Shown: positions 33,034-44,551, numbered from the stretch's first letter. The stretch: DNA of 64,000 nucleotides from Vicinamibacterales bacterium (GCA_963738315.1 CAVTVT010000004.1:189043-253042); one strand, 5' to 3'. Numbers and translations: made by a program. Notes: generated from the sequence alone by a model not told the origin.

Positions 33034-33537
33034 GTGAGCCACCTGGAACACAAGGCCACCGCTCCCGCATCGATCACCTGCGCCATCCTCACGATCAGCG
33101 ACACGCGCACCGAGGCCACCGACACGAGCGGCGATGCCATCGTCGAGCTGCTGACGAGCCAGGGGCACCGCATCGCGGCGCGCGGCATCGTCCGCGACGA
33201 TCCCCCCGCGATCAAAGCGGCCATCGAGGTCCGGCTCGCGCTGGCCGACGCGCAGGCGATCATCACGACCGGCGGCACCGGCATCACGTCTCGAGACTCG
33301 ACGTACGAAGTCGTGACGGCGCTCCTCGACAAGCAGCTCGACGGGTTCGGAGAGCTGTTCCGGATGCTCAGCTATCACCAGATCGGCGCGGCGGCCATGA
33401 TGAGCCGCGCGTGCGCCGGCACCTGCAAGGGCAAGCTCATCCTGACGCTGCCCGGATCGCAGAACGCCGTCAGGCTCGCGATGACCAAGCTCATCCTGCC
33501 CGAGCTCGGCCATCTGGTGCGCGAGCTCTCCCGATGA
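33034..33537 (+). CDS. moaB: Molybdenum cofactor biosynthesis protein MoaB/Mog family
   Basis: ILTISDTR...DTSGD...ITTGGTGITSRD...LPGS pattern. Confidence 0.8.
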   Translation: MSHLEHKATAPASITCAILTISDTRTEATDTSGDAIVELLTSQGHRIAARGIVRDDPPAIKAAIEVRLALADAQAIITTGGTGITSRDSTYEVVTALLDKQLDGFGELFRMLSYHQIGAAAMMSRACAGTCKGKLILTLPGSQNAVRLAMTKLILPELGHLVRELSR

Positions 33538-34760
33538 CGAAGCCTGGGAGCCGGATGCGGCCGTTCGGAGAGACGCTTTCGCTCGATGCGGCCCGCGCCA
33601 TCATCGACCGCCACGGCGCCCCGATCGAGCGCGTCGAGCGCGTCGCCATCGGCCTCGCCGTCGGACGGGTGCTCGCGCAACATGTCGTCGCGGCGAGCGA
33701 CGTGCCGCCGTTCTCGCGGGCAGCCATGGACGGCTACGCCGTGAGGGCGATCGACACGCGGGGCGCCAGCCGGACACAGCCTCGAGCGGCGCGCCGCGTG
33801 GGCACGCTGTACACAGGACAGGTCTCCGAGATTGGCGTCGGCGAGGGGGAGTGCATCGAGATCGCCACGGGCGCGCCACTGCCGGAGGGCGCCGATGCCG
33901 TCGTGATGGTTGAGGAGACGTCGGCGGCTGGCGACCGCGTCACGATCTTCTCCGAGGTTCAGCCGCAGCAGAACGTCGGCCGCCGCGCCGCAGACCTGCG
34001 GGCGGGACAGACCGTGCTCACCGCGGGCGAGCCGATAAACGCGAGCCGCGTCGGCGCGCTGGCGGCCGTCGGCGTGTCGCACGTGGACGTGTACGAACGG
34101 CCGCGCGTCGCGATTCTCTCGACCGGCAACGAGATCGTGGAGCCCGGCCGGCCTCTCGCGCCCGGCCAGATCTACGACATCAACCGGTTCACGGTGGCGG
34201 CGCTCGTCGCCGAGAACGGGGGCGTTCCGGTGCCGCATCAGCCCGCACCCGACACGCTGGACGCGCTCATCGCGGCAATTGACCGGTGCGCCAGGGAAGA
34301 CATCATCGTCTTTTCGGGCGGCAGCTCCGTAGGGGAACGCGACCTGATGATGGACGCGCTCTCCGCCAGGGGCGAAGTGCTGCTGCACGGAATCTCGATC
34401 AAGCCCGGCAAACCGACCGGATTCGCGTTGGTGCAAGGCAGGCCGGTGTTTGCCATGCCGGGATACCCGGCCTCGTGCCTCACCAACGCGCACATCCTGC
34501 TCGTGCCGCTCCTTCGGCGCATGGCCCGTATCGGCCCGCGAACACACCGCACGGTCGCGCTGCCCCTCGCCGAGCGCGTCGCGTCCGCGCGGAACCGGCG
34601 TCAGTTCTTCACGGTGCGGGTGGCCGACGGGCGCGCCGTGCCCGCGTTCAAGGCTTCCGGCGACATCACGAGCATGTCGCAGGCTGACGGCTACATCGAG
34701 ATCGCAGAAGACGTGGAGTCGCTCGAGGCGGGGACGACCGTGGAAGTGACGCTGTTCTAG
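33534..34760 (+). CDS. moeA: Molybdopterin molybdenumtransferase MoeA
   Basis: PPFSRAAMDGYAV..., ...FSGGSSVGERD..., ...IKPGKP.... The ATGA overlaps the moaB stop. Confidence 0.85.
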   Translation: MTKPGSRMRPFGETLSLDAARAIIDRHGAPIERVERVAIGLAVGRVLAQHVVAASDVPPFSRAAMDGYAVRAIDTRGASRTQPRAARRVGTLYTGQVSEIGVGEGECIEIATGAPLPEGADAVVMVEETSAAGDRVTIFSEVQPQQNVGRRAADLRAGQTVLTAGEPINASRVGALAAVGVSHVDVYERPRVAILSTGNEIVEPGRPLAPGQIYDINRFTVAALVAENGGVPVPHQPAPDTLDALIAAIDRCAREDIIVFSGGSSVGERDLMMDALSARGEVLLHGISIKPGKPTGFALVQGRPVFAMPGYPASCLTNAHILLVPLLRRMARIGPRTHRTVALPLAERVASARNRRQFFTVRVADGRAVPAFKASGDITSMSQADGYIEIAEDVESLEAGTTVEVTLF

Positions 34761-34764
34761 GCTT

Positions 34765-34850
34765 CAGGCTCAGGGCTGAGGGCTCAGGGCTCAGGAACTC
34801 GAGGCTCAGAGTTTCGAGCCCTGAGCCTTGAGCCCTGAGCCTCGAGCCCC
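34765..34850. terminator. Long imperfect hairpin built from GGCTCAG(G) repeats and their complement, between convergent moeA and csbD
   Basis: The left arm carries about 5 copies of ggctcag(g) and the right arm about 4 copies of ctgagcc. The arms pair over about 26 bp with 2-3 mismatches. Confidence 0.5.
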
Positions 34851-34853
34851 TAC

Positions 34854-35075
34854 CTACTTCTTCACCGCGTCGCCGATGTCCTTGATGGCTTCACCGGCCT
34901 TGCGGCGGGCTTTGCCGAACCCACCCTGCACCTTGCCGCCGAGCTCTTCAGCCTCGCCCTCCGCCTGCATATTCTCATCGTCCATCGCATCGCCGGCCGC
35001 CTGCTTCACGCGGCCCTTGACTTCCTCAGCTTTGCCTTTGACTTCATCGCGGTTGAACATGGACTCCTCCTGCAT
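34854..35075 (-). CDS. CsbD-family stress-response protein
   Basis: NRDEVKGKAEEVKGRVKQAAGDAM...GKVQGGFGKARRKAGEAIKD is a typical CsbD repeat. Confidence 0.75.
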   Translation of the reverse strand: MQEESMFNRDEVKGKAEEVKGRVKQAAGDAMDDENMQAEGEAEELGGKVQGGFGKARRKAGEAIKDIGDAVKK

Positions 35076-35259
35076 GTCGTTCGATGCAGGACCAATGCCG
35101 CTGCAACGAGCTTCGACTGCTGAAGAACTATGGGCATCTCGCGAGAAGCTGACATCCCTCAGGTGTCGTCAGTTCATGCACCTCTTGCGGTACGTTTCTT
35201 GACCGAGTTCCGCTCCGATCCTCCGCGGTCGCGAATCGGCCCGGTTTTCGTGCGTCGGG

Positions 35260-36738
35260 ATGGGCCGCGCTGACGAATCCGTGGGGGCATCGACGAATAT
35301 GCAAACCCGCACGCCGATCGCGTTGAGCTTCGACCGGCTCGCCGTCTGGCTCTTCTTTCTCGGGCTGTTCGGCTCGGCGTGTCTGATGCCGATTCAGAGC
35401 GACACCTGGTGGCATCTGCGCACGGGCAGGCAGATGTGGGAATCGGGCCATCTGCTGTTCACCGAAACCTTCTCCTATACGGCCGCGGGCGACTTCTGGT
35501 CGAATCACGAGTGGCTCAGCCAATTGATCTTCTACGGACTCTATCGGGCTGGCGGGCTGCCGATGCTGGTGGGCGTCACTGCGCTCGCGCTCACGAGCGC
35601 GGCGGCGATATCCTGGCGCCTCACCGCCGGCCCGCCGCTCGCACGGGTCTTGCTCATGGCGCTCGCGCTGCCGGTGTACTCGTCGGTATGGACGGTCCGG
35701 CCACAGGCGTTCACGCTGCTCCTCCTGGGGCTTGCGTCCTGGTGCCTGCTGCGCAGGCGGCTCCTCTGGCTGCCGGCAATCTTCCTCGTGTGGGCGAACC
35801 TGCACGGCGCCTTCGTGCTCGGGCTCGCCGTCGCGGGGGTGATCGCCGCCGGCATGGTGCTGCGCGATCGACGCCTGGCGCTCCCGCTGTCGGCCGCGCT
35901 CCTCGGCTCCGTTGCGATCACGTTCGTCAATCCGCTGGGCGTGCGGTTGTGGACCTCCATCCCCGTCGCCGTCTCGAAGGGGTTGGCCATCGGCATCCAG
36001 GAATGGCGTCCCGCCCAGCTCGGCGCGCCCGCGGAAGCGCCGTTCTGGATTCTGGGCGCCCTGCTGCTGGGTCTTTGCGTGCATCGACGCCATGCGCTTC
36101 TCCAGAATCGAGGTGACTGGCCGCTCCTCTTCCCCGCGTTGATGCTGCTCGCGGCGGCCATCCGCAACGGGCGCAACGAATCTCCTTTTGCGCTGTTCGC
36201 CGTACCTGCGGTCAGCGTGTTGTTGTGGGGCCACCCGGCGCCCGCGTTCGTGCTGTCCTTTCCGCTCGAACGCCGCCCGCATGCCAGGCTGAACGGCGCC
36301 ATCCTGGCGTCAGCAGGCCTGCTGGTTGCCGGCATCGTGGCGTCCGCCTGGTCGCGGCCGTTCGCACGCATGCAGTGGACGCCGGTCTCGCCTGCCGCCA
36401 TTGCTGCCGTAAACCGCTGCGACGATCGCCTCTACAACAGGTTCGACGATGGCGGCTATCTCTTGTGGTTCGTGCCGGACCGGAAGGTCTTCATCGACAA
36501 CAGGCAGGAACCGTATCCGCTCGCGTTCATGCAGGAGCACATCCGGCGGGAGAACTCGGGCGACTACAAAGACCTGTTCGCGCGCTACGGCATCCACTGC
36601 GCCTTTCTCCCGCCGACCTCACCAACGGCGCGGCGGCTCGAAGCCGACGGGTGGCCGGCGATCTACAGGGATGACAGGTGGGTGGTCTTGTGGAAGCGGA
36701 TGGGGGCGAGTGGAGCAACCAGGGACCTACGGGACTAA
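35260..36738 (+). CDS. Polytopic membrane protein with C-terminal soluble domain (GT-C-like glycosyltransferase candidate, function unknown)
   Basis: 492-aa ORF with about 11 hydrophobic helices and the motif DTWWHLRTGRQMW...SNHEWLSQ. Its 3' 399 bp is duplicated at 37673-38071. Confidence 0.65.
   Translation: MGRADESVGASTNMQTRTPIALSFDRLAVWLFFLGLFGSACLMPIQSDTWWHLRTGRQMWESGHLLFTETFSYTAAGDFWSNHEWLSQLIFYGLYRAGGLPMLVGVTALALTSAAAISWRLTAGPPLARVLLMALALPVYSSVWTVRPQAFTLLLLGLASWCLLRRRLLWLPAIFLVWANLHGAFVLGLAVAGVIAAGMVLRDRRLALPLSAALLGSVAITFVNPLGVRLWTSIPVAVSKGLAIGIQEWRPAQLGAPAEAPFWILGALLLGLCVHRRHALLQNRGDWPLLFPALMLLAAAIRNGRNESPFALFAVPAVSVLLWGHPAPAFVLSFPLERRPHARLNGAILASAGLLVAGIVASAWSRPFARMQWTPVSPAAIAAVNRCDDRLYNRFDDGGYLLWFVPDRKVFIDNRQEPYPLAFMQEHIRRENSGDYKDLFARYGIHCAFLPPTSPTARRLEADGWPAIYRDDRWVVLWKRMGASGATRDLRD
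36288..36686 (+). repeat. 399-bp direct repeat, copy 1 (3' end of the 35260..36738 gene)
   Basis: Matches 37673-38071 at an offset of 1385 bp. Only three mismatches were seen, all in the first ~50 bp. Confidence 0.9.
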
Positions 36739-36814
36739 CCGTCGGACAAACCGCTACGCTGCACTCTCGCTTGTAATGAATCCGTCGCCGTGAACCAGCC
36801 TAAATGGAGCCACA

Positions 36815-37606
36815 ATGATGTCGACGCTTTTCCAACTCGGCACCGGTTCTCAAGGAACAATTGCATCGGTGTTTGGAATTCTGCTAGTTGCGAGTTCCAG
36901 CGGGGCTGAGGTAAGGATCACCACTTCCGTCACAAGTCCCGTAACCATGGGAGAACCAGTCATTGCGGAACTTGCGATTGCGAATACGTTCGCTGAGCCT
37001 ATCAGCATCGATTTAGGCGTCGACCGTAGAACGAATCTTGTAGTTACAGTTACGCGTCCGCAAGGAGCGTCGCGAACGGTGTCCTTACCCCCGCAAGCGG
37101 GAGTAACCCGAACCGGGTTGATAAGGGTCCGTCCCGGCGCCACATACGTTCAGGAACTCTTATTGGATGATTGGGTACGGTTTGACGAAGTCGGTACGTA
37201 TCAAGTCGCACTAGCATTCACCCGTCATTTCAACACGGACAGCGGGCAGGCTGGCCCATTGCCTGATGCAGCCGTCTCGGTCACTGTGACGGCCCGGAAC
37301 GTAGAGGCGCTGCGGCAGCGTTATGCGGAGCTTACGGCCGCGATCCTTTCCAATCCATACACTGAAAAGGGACGCTCCGCGGAGCATGCCCTTACCTCCA
37401 CTGATGATCCGGTCATCATTCCGTTCTTGAGCGACCTCTTGAAGCGGTCACACCGAAGCGATTCTGCGGTTATGGCTGCGCTTGGAAGAATCGGGACGCC
37501 TGAAGCTCTTGAGTTATTGCAGTCAGAGAGGACGAGTCGCGACCCAGAACGAGCGGCGTTGGCCAATGATGCTTGGAGCCGCGCGGTGGCCAGACAAACG
37601 AGATAG
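36815..37606 (+). CDS. Low-G+C hypothetical secreted/membrane-anchored protein with C-terminal HEAT-like repeat
   Basis: 263-aa ORF. N-terminal hydrophobic segment and C-terminal ...AVMAALGRIGTPEALELL... (HEAT/PBS-lyase-like). Codon usage and G+C are clearly different from the neighbours. Confidence 0.6.
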   Translation: MMSTLFQLGTGSQGTIASVFGILLVASSSGAEVRITTSVTSPVTMGEPVIAELAIANTFAEPISIDLGVDRRTNLVVTVTRPQGASRTVSLPPQAGVTRTGLIRVRPGATYVQELLLDDWVRFDEVGTYQVALAFTRHFNTDSGQAGPLPDAAVSVTVTARNVEALRQRYAELTAAILSNPYTEKGRSAEHALTSTDDPVIIPFLSDLLKRSHRSDSAVMAALGRIGTPEALELLQSERTSRDPERAALANDAWSRAVARQTR

Positions 37607-37672
37607 CAGCAGTTCGAGAGGGCGGCGGCCATCGTGGCAGTCCTCGAAGGCCCCGGCACCCGCTCGGAACGC

Positions 37673-38071
37673 GCTGAACGGCGCCATCCTGGCCTCAGCA
37701 GGCCTGCTGGTTGCCGGCGTCGTGGCATCCGCCTGGTCGCGGCCGTTCGCACGCATGCAGTGGACGCCGGTCTCGCCTGCCGCCATTGCTGCCGTAAACC
37801 GCTGCGACGATCGCCTCTACAACAGGTTCGACGATGGCGGCTATCTCTTGTGGTTCGTGCCGGACCGGAAGGTCTTCATCGACAACAGGCAGGAACCGTA
37901 TCCGCTCGCGTTCATGCAGGAGCACATCCGGCGGGAGAACTCGGGCGACTACAAAGACCTGTTCGCGCGCTACGGCATCCACTGCGCCTTTCTCCCGCCG
38001 ACCTCACCAACGGCGCGGCGGCTCGAAGCCGACGGGTGGCCGGCGATCTACAGGGATGACAGGTGGGTGGT
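37673..38071 (+). repeat. 399-bp direct repeat, copy 2
   Basis: See copy 1. Confidence 0.9.
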
Positions 38072-38132
38072 GCTCGCGACCAAGACCGAACGCCGCGTCA
38101 CCGACGAGGGTATCTCGAGGATCGGCGAATGA
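37673..38132 (+). pseudogene. Promoter-less duplicate of the 3' end of the membrane-protein gene, with a different C-terminal tail
   Basis: Encodes LNGAILASAGLLVAGVVASAW...DDRWVVL then ATKTERRVTDEGISRIGE. The upstream copy instead ends WKRMGASGATRDLRD. Confidence 0.6.
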
Positions 38133-38147
38133 AGAAGCAGAGCTCAG

Positions 38148-38807
38148 TCAGATTCCCGGCACCAGCCTCCATCGCACCACCTGCCTGTACTCCTCGTACC
38201 TCGCGTCGTGCACCAGGACGCGCTCTTCACAGCCGGCCCGCACCACCAGCGCCGCATCGGCAATCCCGAACACCACGACATTCCAGATCGTCGGATGCGA
38301 GAGCAGGAACCCGACGTGGCTGATCAGATAGCCGAGGTAGATGGGATGCCGCACCATGCGGTAGAGGCCGCGATCGACGAGGCCCCTGCAGGCCGGCAGG
38401 AGCCCGAAGCTGCCGCCGAGCGAGATCTTGCCTCCGATCGTCACCGCCACGCCGGCGGCGCTGATGGCCGCGCAGGCGGCCTCCGGAAAGATGCCGCCGA
38501 CCGGCCCGGGACGCGCGAGGAACGCCGAGAGCATCGAGGCCACGGTCACGAGCCTCGCCTGGACGCCCCGATCGACTTCGATCGCAGGCCGCCTGAGCAC
38601 CGTGAAGACGACGACCAGCGCCTCTCCGACGACCAGGAGCAGATCCGTCGCGCGGTGCGTATTGACGAAGTCGATCCCGAGCCGCCACGTCAGGCTCAGG
38701 AAGAGGGCGCCGGTGAGGACGCGCGCGCCGAGCTCGGCCCGATCGGAGTCGAGTAACGGCTTGTGCAGCCCGGCTGCCGGAGCCGGGGACGAGGTGACGG
38801 TCGCCAT
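38148..38807 (-). CDS. ICMT/PEMT-family membrane methyltransferase
   Basis: GLYRMVRHPIYLGYLISHVGFLL...EERVL...YEEY motif with multiple TM helices. The ATG directly abuts the stop of the upstream AAA+ gene. Confidence 0.7.
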   Translation of the reverse strand: MATVTSSPAPAAGLHKPLLDSDRAELGARVLTGALFLSLTWRLGIDFVNTHRATDLLLVVGEALVVVFTVLRRPAIEVDRGVQARLVTVASMLSAFLARPGPVGGIFPEAACAAISAAGVAVTIGGKISLGGSFGLLPACRGLVDRGLYRMVRHPIYLGYLISHVGFLLSHPTIWNVVVFGIADAALVVRAGCEERVLVHDARYEEYRQVVRWRLVPGI

Positions 38808-40137
38808 CTAGGAGGCCTGGGTGCCCGCGGGCTGCGGTTCGTCGATGAAGTACGTCCGGCACGCTGCGTCGAGCAGCTCCGGCGTGAGCTCGGCCTTGAT
38901 CTTCCGGTACCGGCAGATGCTGACGACGTGATCGATCAGGTCGCGGGGATGGCAGCCGCGCATCTGGATCTTGCGCTGGCCGTAGTAGCGCCGCTGCAGA
39001 TACGCGACGATGGCCGGATCGTACGTCAGTCCGTGACGCCTGCAGTTCATCTCGAAGATCTTCGCGAACTGATCCTCGGTGGGGTTCTTCGCCAGAATCT
39101 TGTACGGGAATGCGGCGCAGGAACGCCTCGTCCGCGAGCGACCGCGGGTCGAGATTGGTCGCGAACACGATCATCACGTCGAACGGGATCTGGAACTTCC
39201 GCCCGGTGTGCAGCGTCAGGTAGTCGAGCCGCGCCTCGAGCGGCACGATCCAGCGGTTCAGCAGGTCGCGCGCCGGCACGCGCTGGCGGCCGAAGTCGTC
39301 GATCAGCAGCACGCCGCCGTTCGCCTTCCAGTGGACCGGCGCCTCGTAGAACGACGAGAACGCGTTGAAGCGCAGGTCGAGCATCTCGAGCGACAGCTCG
39401 CCGCCGACGGTGATCGAGGGGCGCCTGATCCGGATCCAGCGCTCGTCGACGGCGGCGGTCGACCGGACGATGGAGAACTCCTCGTCGCGCGCGCGCGCTT
39501 CGTGCGTCACCGGGTCGTACAGGACGATGATCTGGCCGTCCAGGTCGATGGCATGGGGCACGTAGATGTCGCCGCCGAGCGCACGGCCGATCCCGTCGCC
39601 CATCACGCTCTTGCCGTTGCCCGGAGGGCCGTAGAGAAAGACCGCCTTCTTGGAGCTGATGGCCGGCCCGAGCTGCTCGACCATCTCCGCGTCCATGATC
39701 AGGTGCGAGAAGCCGGCGGCGATCTCCTCGTGCCCCACCGCGCTCGACTGCTGACGGACGAGGTCCATGTAGCCGGTGTACTGCGTGAGCGGCACCGGCG
39801 CCGGTCCCACGTAGCCGCAGGCCTCGAAGTACCGGCGCGCCCGCTCGCGTCCGTCCTCGGTCAGCGAATAGCGATAGCCCGCGGTGCCGGTGCCCGAGGC
39901 GGTGCGGACCTGCACGAGGTGCTCCACGCGCAGGTGCTCGATGATGGGCTCGAGAATGTTGTACGGCAGCCGCAGGCGATCGGCGATCTCCATGCCGCTC
40001 GCTTCGCCGCTGTTGAGCCACTTGACGATCAGCGACAGGAGCAGGTCGCCCGAGAGGCCGGTGTCCTCCAGCGTCACCGGCTTGACCGGGGCGAGCACCT
40101 CCTGTGTGACGGCCTCCTCCTCGAGGGTGAGCATCAT
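38808..40137 (-). CDS. AAA+ ATPase with N-terminal winged-helix-like domain (frame broken at ~39105-39108)
   Basis: Walker A LYGPPGNGKS and Walker B VLLIDDFG. ORFs join as ...AFLRRIP/YKILAKNPTEDQFAKIFEMNCRRHG.... It lies 8 nt downstream of tadC. Confidence 0.75.
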
Positions 40138-40144
40138 TCGCCTC

Positions 40145-41060
40145 TTATTTCATGCCGTGCGCGATCGGCAGCAGCACGCGGATGAAGCGGATGGCCGCCG
40201 GTCCAATCGTGACGATCCAGATCGCGGGAAAGATGCAGAGCACCAGCGGGAAGACCATCTTCACGCCCGTCTTGGCCGCCGCCTCCTCGGCGCGCTGCCG
40301 CCGCTTGGTCCGCAGCGTCTCGGAGAAGACGCGCAGCGAGTTCGCCACGCTGGTGCCGAACTTGTCGGTCTGCACGAGCATGGCCACCAGCGAGCTCAGG
40401 TCGTCCACGCCGGTACGATCCGCCAGATTGCGCAGCGCCTCGACCCTCGCCTTGCCCGCGAGCAGTTCGAGATTCACGAGCCGCAGCTCGCCCGAGAGGT
40501 CGGGATGCGCGAAGGCCAGCTCCTGCGCCACGCGCGCGAGCGCCTGGTCGAGCCCGAGCCCGGCCTCGACGCTGACGACGAGGAGGTCGAGCGCGTCGGC
40601 CAGCGACAGGCGGATGCGATGCTGCCGCCGCCTCGCCATCCGCGCCAGGACGATGCCCGGCAGGATGTAGCCCATGCCCATGGCGGCGACGGCGAGCACG
40701 AGGCTCGGCCGGACGAACAGCGACGTCATGCAGACGGCAAACGCGGCGAGGCCGCAGCCGACGCGAATCGCCAGGAACACGGAAATGGCCTCGGGCTGCC
40801 TGTAGCCCGCCTGCACCAGCCGCAGCTGGAGCTTGCGTCATTTCCTGCGGCGATTTCGGCACCCGCTCGCCGATGCTCTTCAGGAAGCCGACCACCTTCT
40901 GCCGGCCGTCGCGCTCCGGCGCGTCCTGCATCCGCGCGTCGATGACGTCGCGAAGCCGCTGGTCGACGTTCGCGGGCCTGGCGGCGAGCACGGCATAGGC
41001 GATCGCGCTGACGAGCAGCGATCCGGTGACGAACGCGAGCAGCGGCAGGAGTGTCGTCAC
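40145..41060 (-). CDS. tadC: Tad pilus inner-membrane platform protein TadC (T2SS-F family), frame broken near 40835
   Basis: ORFs join as ...SPQEMT/KLQLRLVQAGYRQPEAISVF.... T2SSF domain with ...LRTKRRQRAEEAAAKTGVKMVFPLVLCIFPA. Confidence 0.8.
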
Positions 41061-41061
41061 G

Positions 41062-42027
41062 CTACACCTCGATCTTCACGACCTGTTTGATCCAGACGAA
41101 CCCGGCCGCCTGCATCACGATGGCCGCCATGATCATCATGCGGCCCAGCTGATCCCGGAACAGCATGTTCATGTGATCCGGGTTGATGAACGAGAGCGCC
41201 AGCGCCAGGAACGCGGGCAGCGCGAGCAGCACGTAGCCGGTGAACCGCCCGTGCGCGGTGTGCACGCGCACCTGACGGCGGATCTTGAAGCGCTCGCGCA
41301 CCACGTTCGCCAGGTTGTCGAGAATCTCGGCGAGGTTGCCGCCCGTATCGCGCTGGATCAGCACGGCCGTCGCGAAGAACTTCACGTCGAGCAGCGGCAC
41401 GCGCGTGGCCAGGTTGTTCAGCGACTCCTTCAGCGGCAGCCCGAAGTTCTGCTCGTCGAACGCCTTGCGGAACTCCGGGCCGATCGGGTCGCGCATCTCG
41501 TCGGCCACCATCTTCATGCCGGCGCTGAACGCGTGGCCGGCCCGGATCGCCCGCGACATGCAGATCGAGCGCTTCAGGAAAGAACTCCTCGAACTTGTAC
41601 AGCCGCGACGTGCGGCGGCGGCGCAGGTACAGGGCCGGCAGCGCGGCGCCGCCGAGAAACCCGAGCGGCGCCATCCACATGTGATGGCCGAACACCACCG
41701 CCGCCAGCGCGCCGACGGCGCCCGCGACCACCGTCAGCAGCAGGAACGCGCCGGGTGTCATCCCCGTGCCGGACTGCTCGAGCCACTGCTCGACCACCGA
41801 GCCCTTGATGGCGAGCCGCGCCACCCGATCGACGTTCGGCAGCGCGCCGTGCGTCTCGGCCCGCAGCAGCGACTCGTCCTCTTCGGGAATGAAGCCGGCG
41901 ACCTCCTGCAGCCGCGCATCGAGCGTCTTCTGCAGCGCCGACCGGGAACGGCGTCCCAGGAGCATGTACGCCCCGAATACGAAGCCTGTCGTGACCAGGA
42001 AGACGACGAAGGGTAGGAGTCTCGCCA

Positions 42028-42028
<1 letters not shown>
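41062..42028 (-). CDS. tadB: Tad pilus inner-membrane platform protein TadB (T2SS-F family), frame broken at 41560
   Basis: ORFs join as ...FPEALDL/MSRAIRAGHAFSAGMKMV.... The ATG overlaps the cpaF stop (TGATG). Confidence 0.8.
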
Positions 42029-43369
<1,341 letters not shown>

Positions 43370-43378
43370 GATCTCTCG

Positions 43379-44551
43379 CTAAAAGAGCCCGAGGAAGTGC
43401 GACTTGGCCTTGGCGGCCGCCTGGGCCTCCTCCTCCACCGGGAGCTCCACGATCTCCCGCGTGAGCCGCGTCAACTGGGCTGCCATTTCCGAATGATTCG
43501 CGAGCGTCAGCGGCACGCCCGAGTTGAGCGCGGTCGAGACCGTCGTGTAGTCGCTCGGGAACGTCATGTAGATGCTGTGGCCGAGCGCGGTCTCGATCTG
43601 CTTGGGGGCGATCTGGTGCTGCTCCGACATGCGGTTGAGCAGGATGCGCAGCCGCTCCTTGCTCGCGCCGAACTGCCCCACGCGGTCAACGAGCCGGTGC
43701 GCGTTCCTGATGGCCGCCACGTCGGGATTGGCCACCAGAAAGACCGTGTCGGCGGCGCACACCGCCGCCTCGGCGCACGGGCCGACCAGCGAACCGTCGA
43801 TGATGATGAAGTCGTAGCTCCGGCTCAGGAGCTGCAGCAGGTGCTCGATGGCGGTCACGTCCTGCAGCCCGGGCCGGTCGACCTGGTCGCCGCCCGCGAG
43901 GATCTCGAGCCCCGACTTGTGCTTGACGACCAGCTCGCGCAGGAAGTCCTGGTCGAGCCGGTGGAGATTGTCGAGCGCGTCGATGATCGTGAAGCGGGGC
44001 CGGACGCCGAGAAACAGGGCGACCTCGCCGAGAAACGGGTGCATGTCGATGATCAGCGTGGGGCGCTTGGTGACGCGCGCGATCTCGATCGCGCTGTTCA
44101 CCGCCAGCGTCGTCGTTCCGGTGCCGCCCTTGGCGCCGAAGAACGACAGCGTGACGCCCGACTTCGCGCCGCCGCGGTTCGCGCGGATCTTGTCGGCCGT
44201 GCGCTTGAGCGCGGCGCGGAACACGTCGTCGGCGCCGGTACCCTGGGAGGCGCTCCAGTCGAGGAACTCGTTGGCCCCGGCGCGCATCGCTTCGATGATC
44301 TCGTTCGGGGTGGAGCTCGAGGCGATCGCGATGATGACCGCCGACGGCCAGGTGCGCCGGATCTGCTCGAGCGTACCGACCCCCGCGCTGCCGACCCGGA
44401 TGTCCACGACCGCCAGATCCGGCGCCGGCCGGCCGGCCGAGAGCTTCTCGTCCACGACCGTAATCGGCAGGCCGCCCGTGCGCAGCAGACGCGTGACGCG
44501 GCCGCTGAGCTCGCTGTCGGACGTGGCGATGACCGCTGAAAGGTGTGCCAT
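43379..44551 (-). CDS. cpaE: CpaE/TadZ: receiver-like N-domain + MinD/ParA-type ATPase
   Basis: Deviant Walker A FGAKGGTGTTTLAVN, with a REC-like N-terminus. The start is the internal ATG of ORF 43379..44995. Confidence 0.8.
   Translation of the reverse strand: MAHLSAVIATSDSELSGRVTRLLRTGGLPITVVDEKLSAGRPAPDLAVVDIRVGSAGVGTLEQIRRTWPSAVIIAIASSSTPNEIIEAMRAGANEFLDWSASQGTGADDVFRAALKRTADKIRANRGGAKSGVTLSFFGAKGGTGTTTLAVNSAIEIARVTKRPTLIIDMHPFLGEVALFLGVRPRFTIIDALDNLHRLDQDFLRELVVKHKSGLEILAGGDQVDRPGLQDVTAIEHLLQLLSRSYDFIIIDGSLVGPCAEAAVCAADTVFLVANPDVAAIRNAHRLVDRVGQFGASKERLRILLNRMSEQHQIAPKQIETALGHSIYMTFPSDYTTVSTALNSGVPLTLANHSEMAAQLTRLTREIVELPVEEEAQAAAKAKSHFLGLF

Noticed and set aside
38227-39050. The C-terminal ~350 aa of the 636-aa ORF 38227..40137 as real AAA+ protein sequence overlapping the methyltransferase gene
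   Set aside because: After ...AFLRRIP the sequence becomes R/A/G/P-rich nonsense. The conserved continuation (YKILAKNPTEDQF...) is in ORF 38808..39050, so this is out-of-frame read-through caused by a 1-nt indel.
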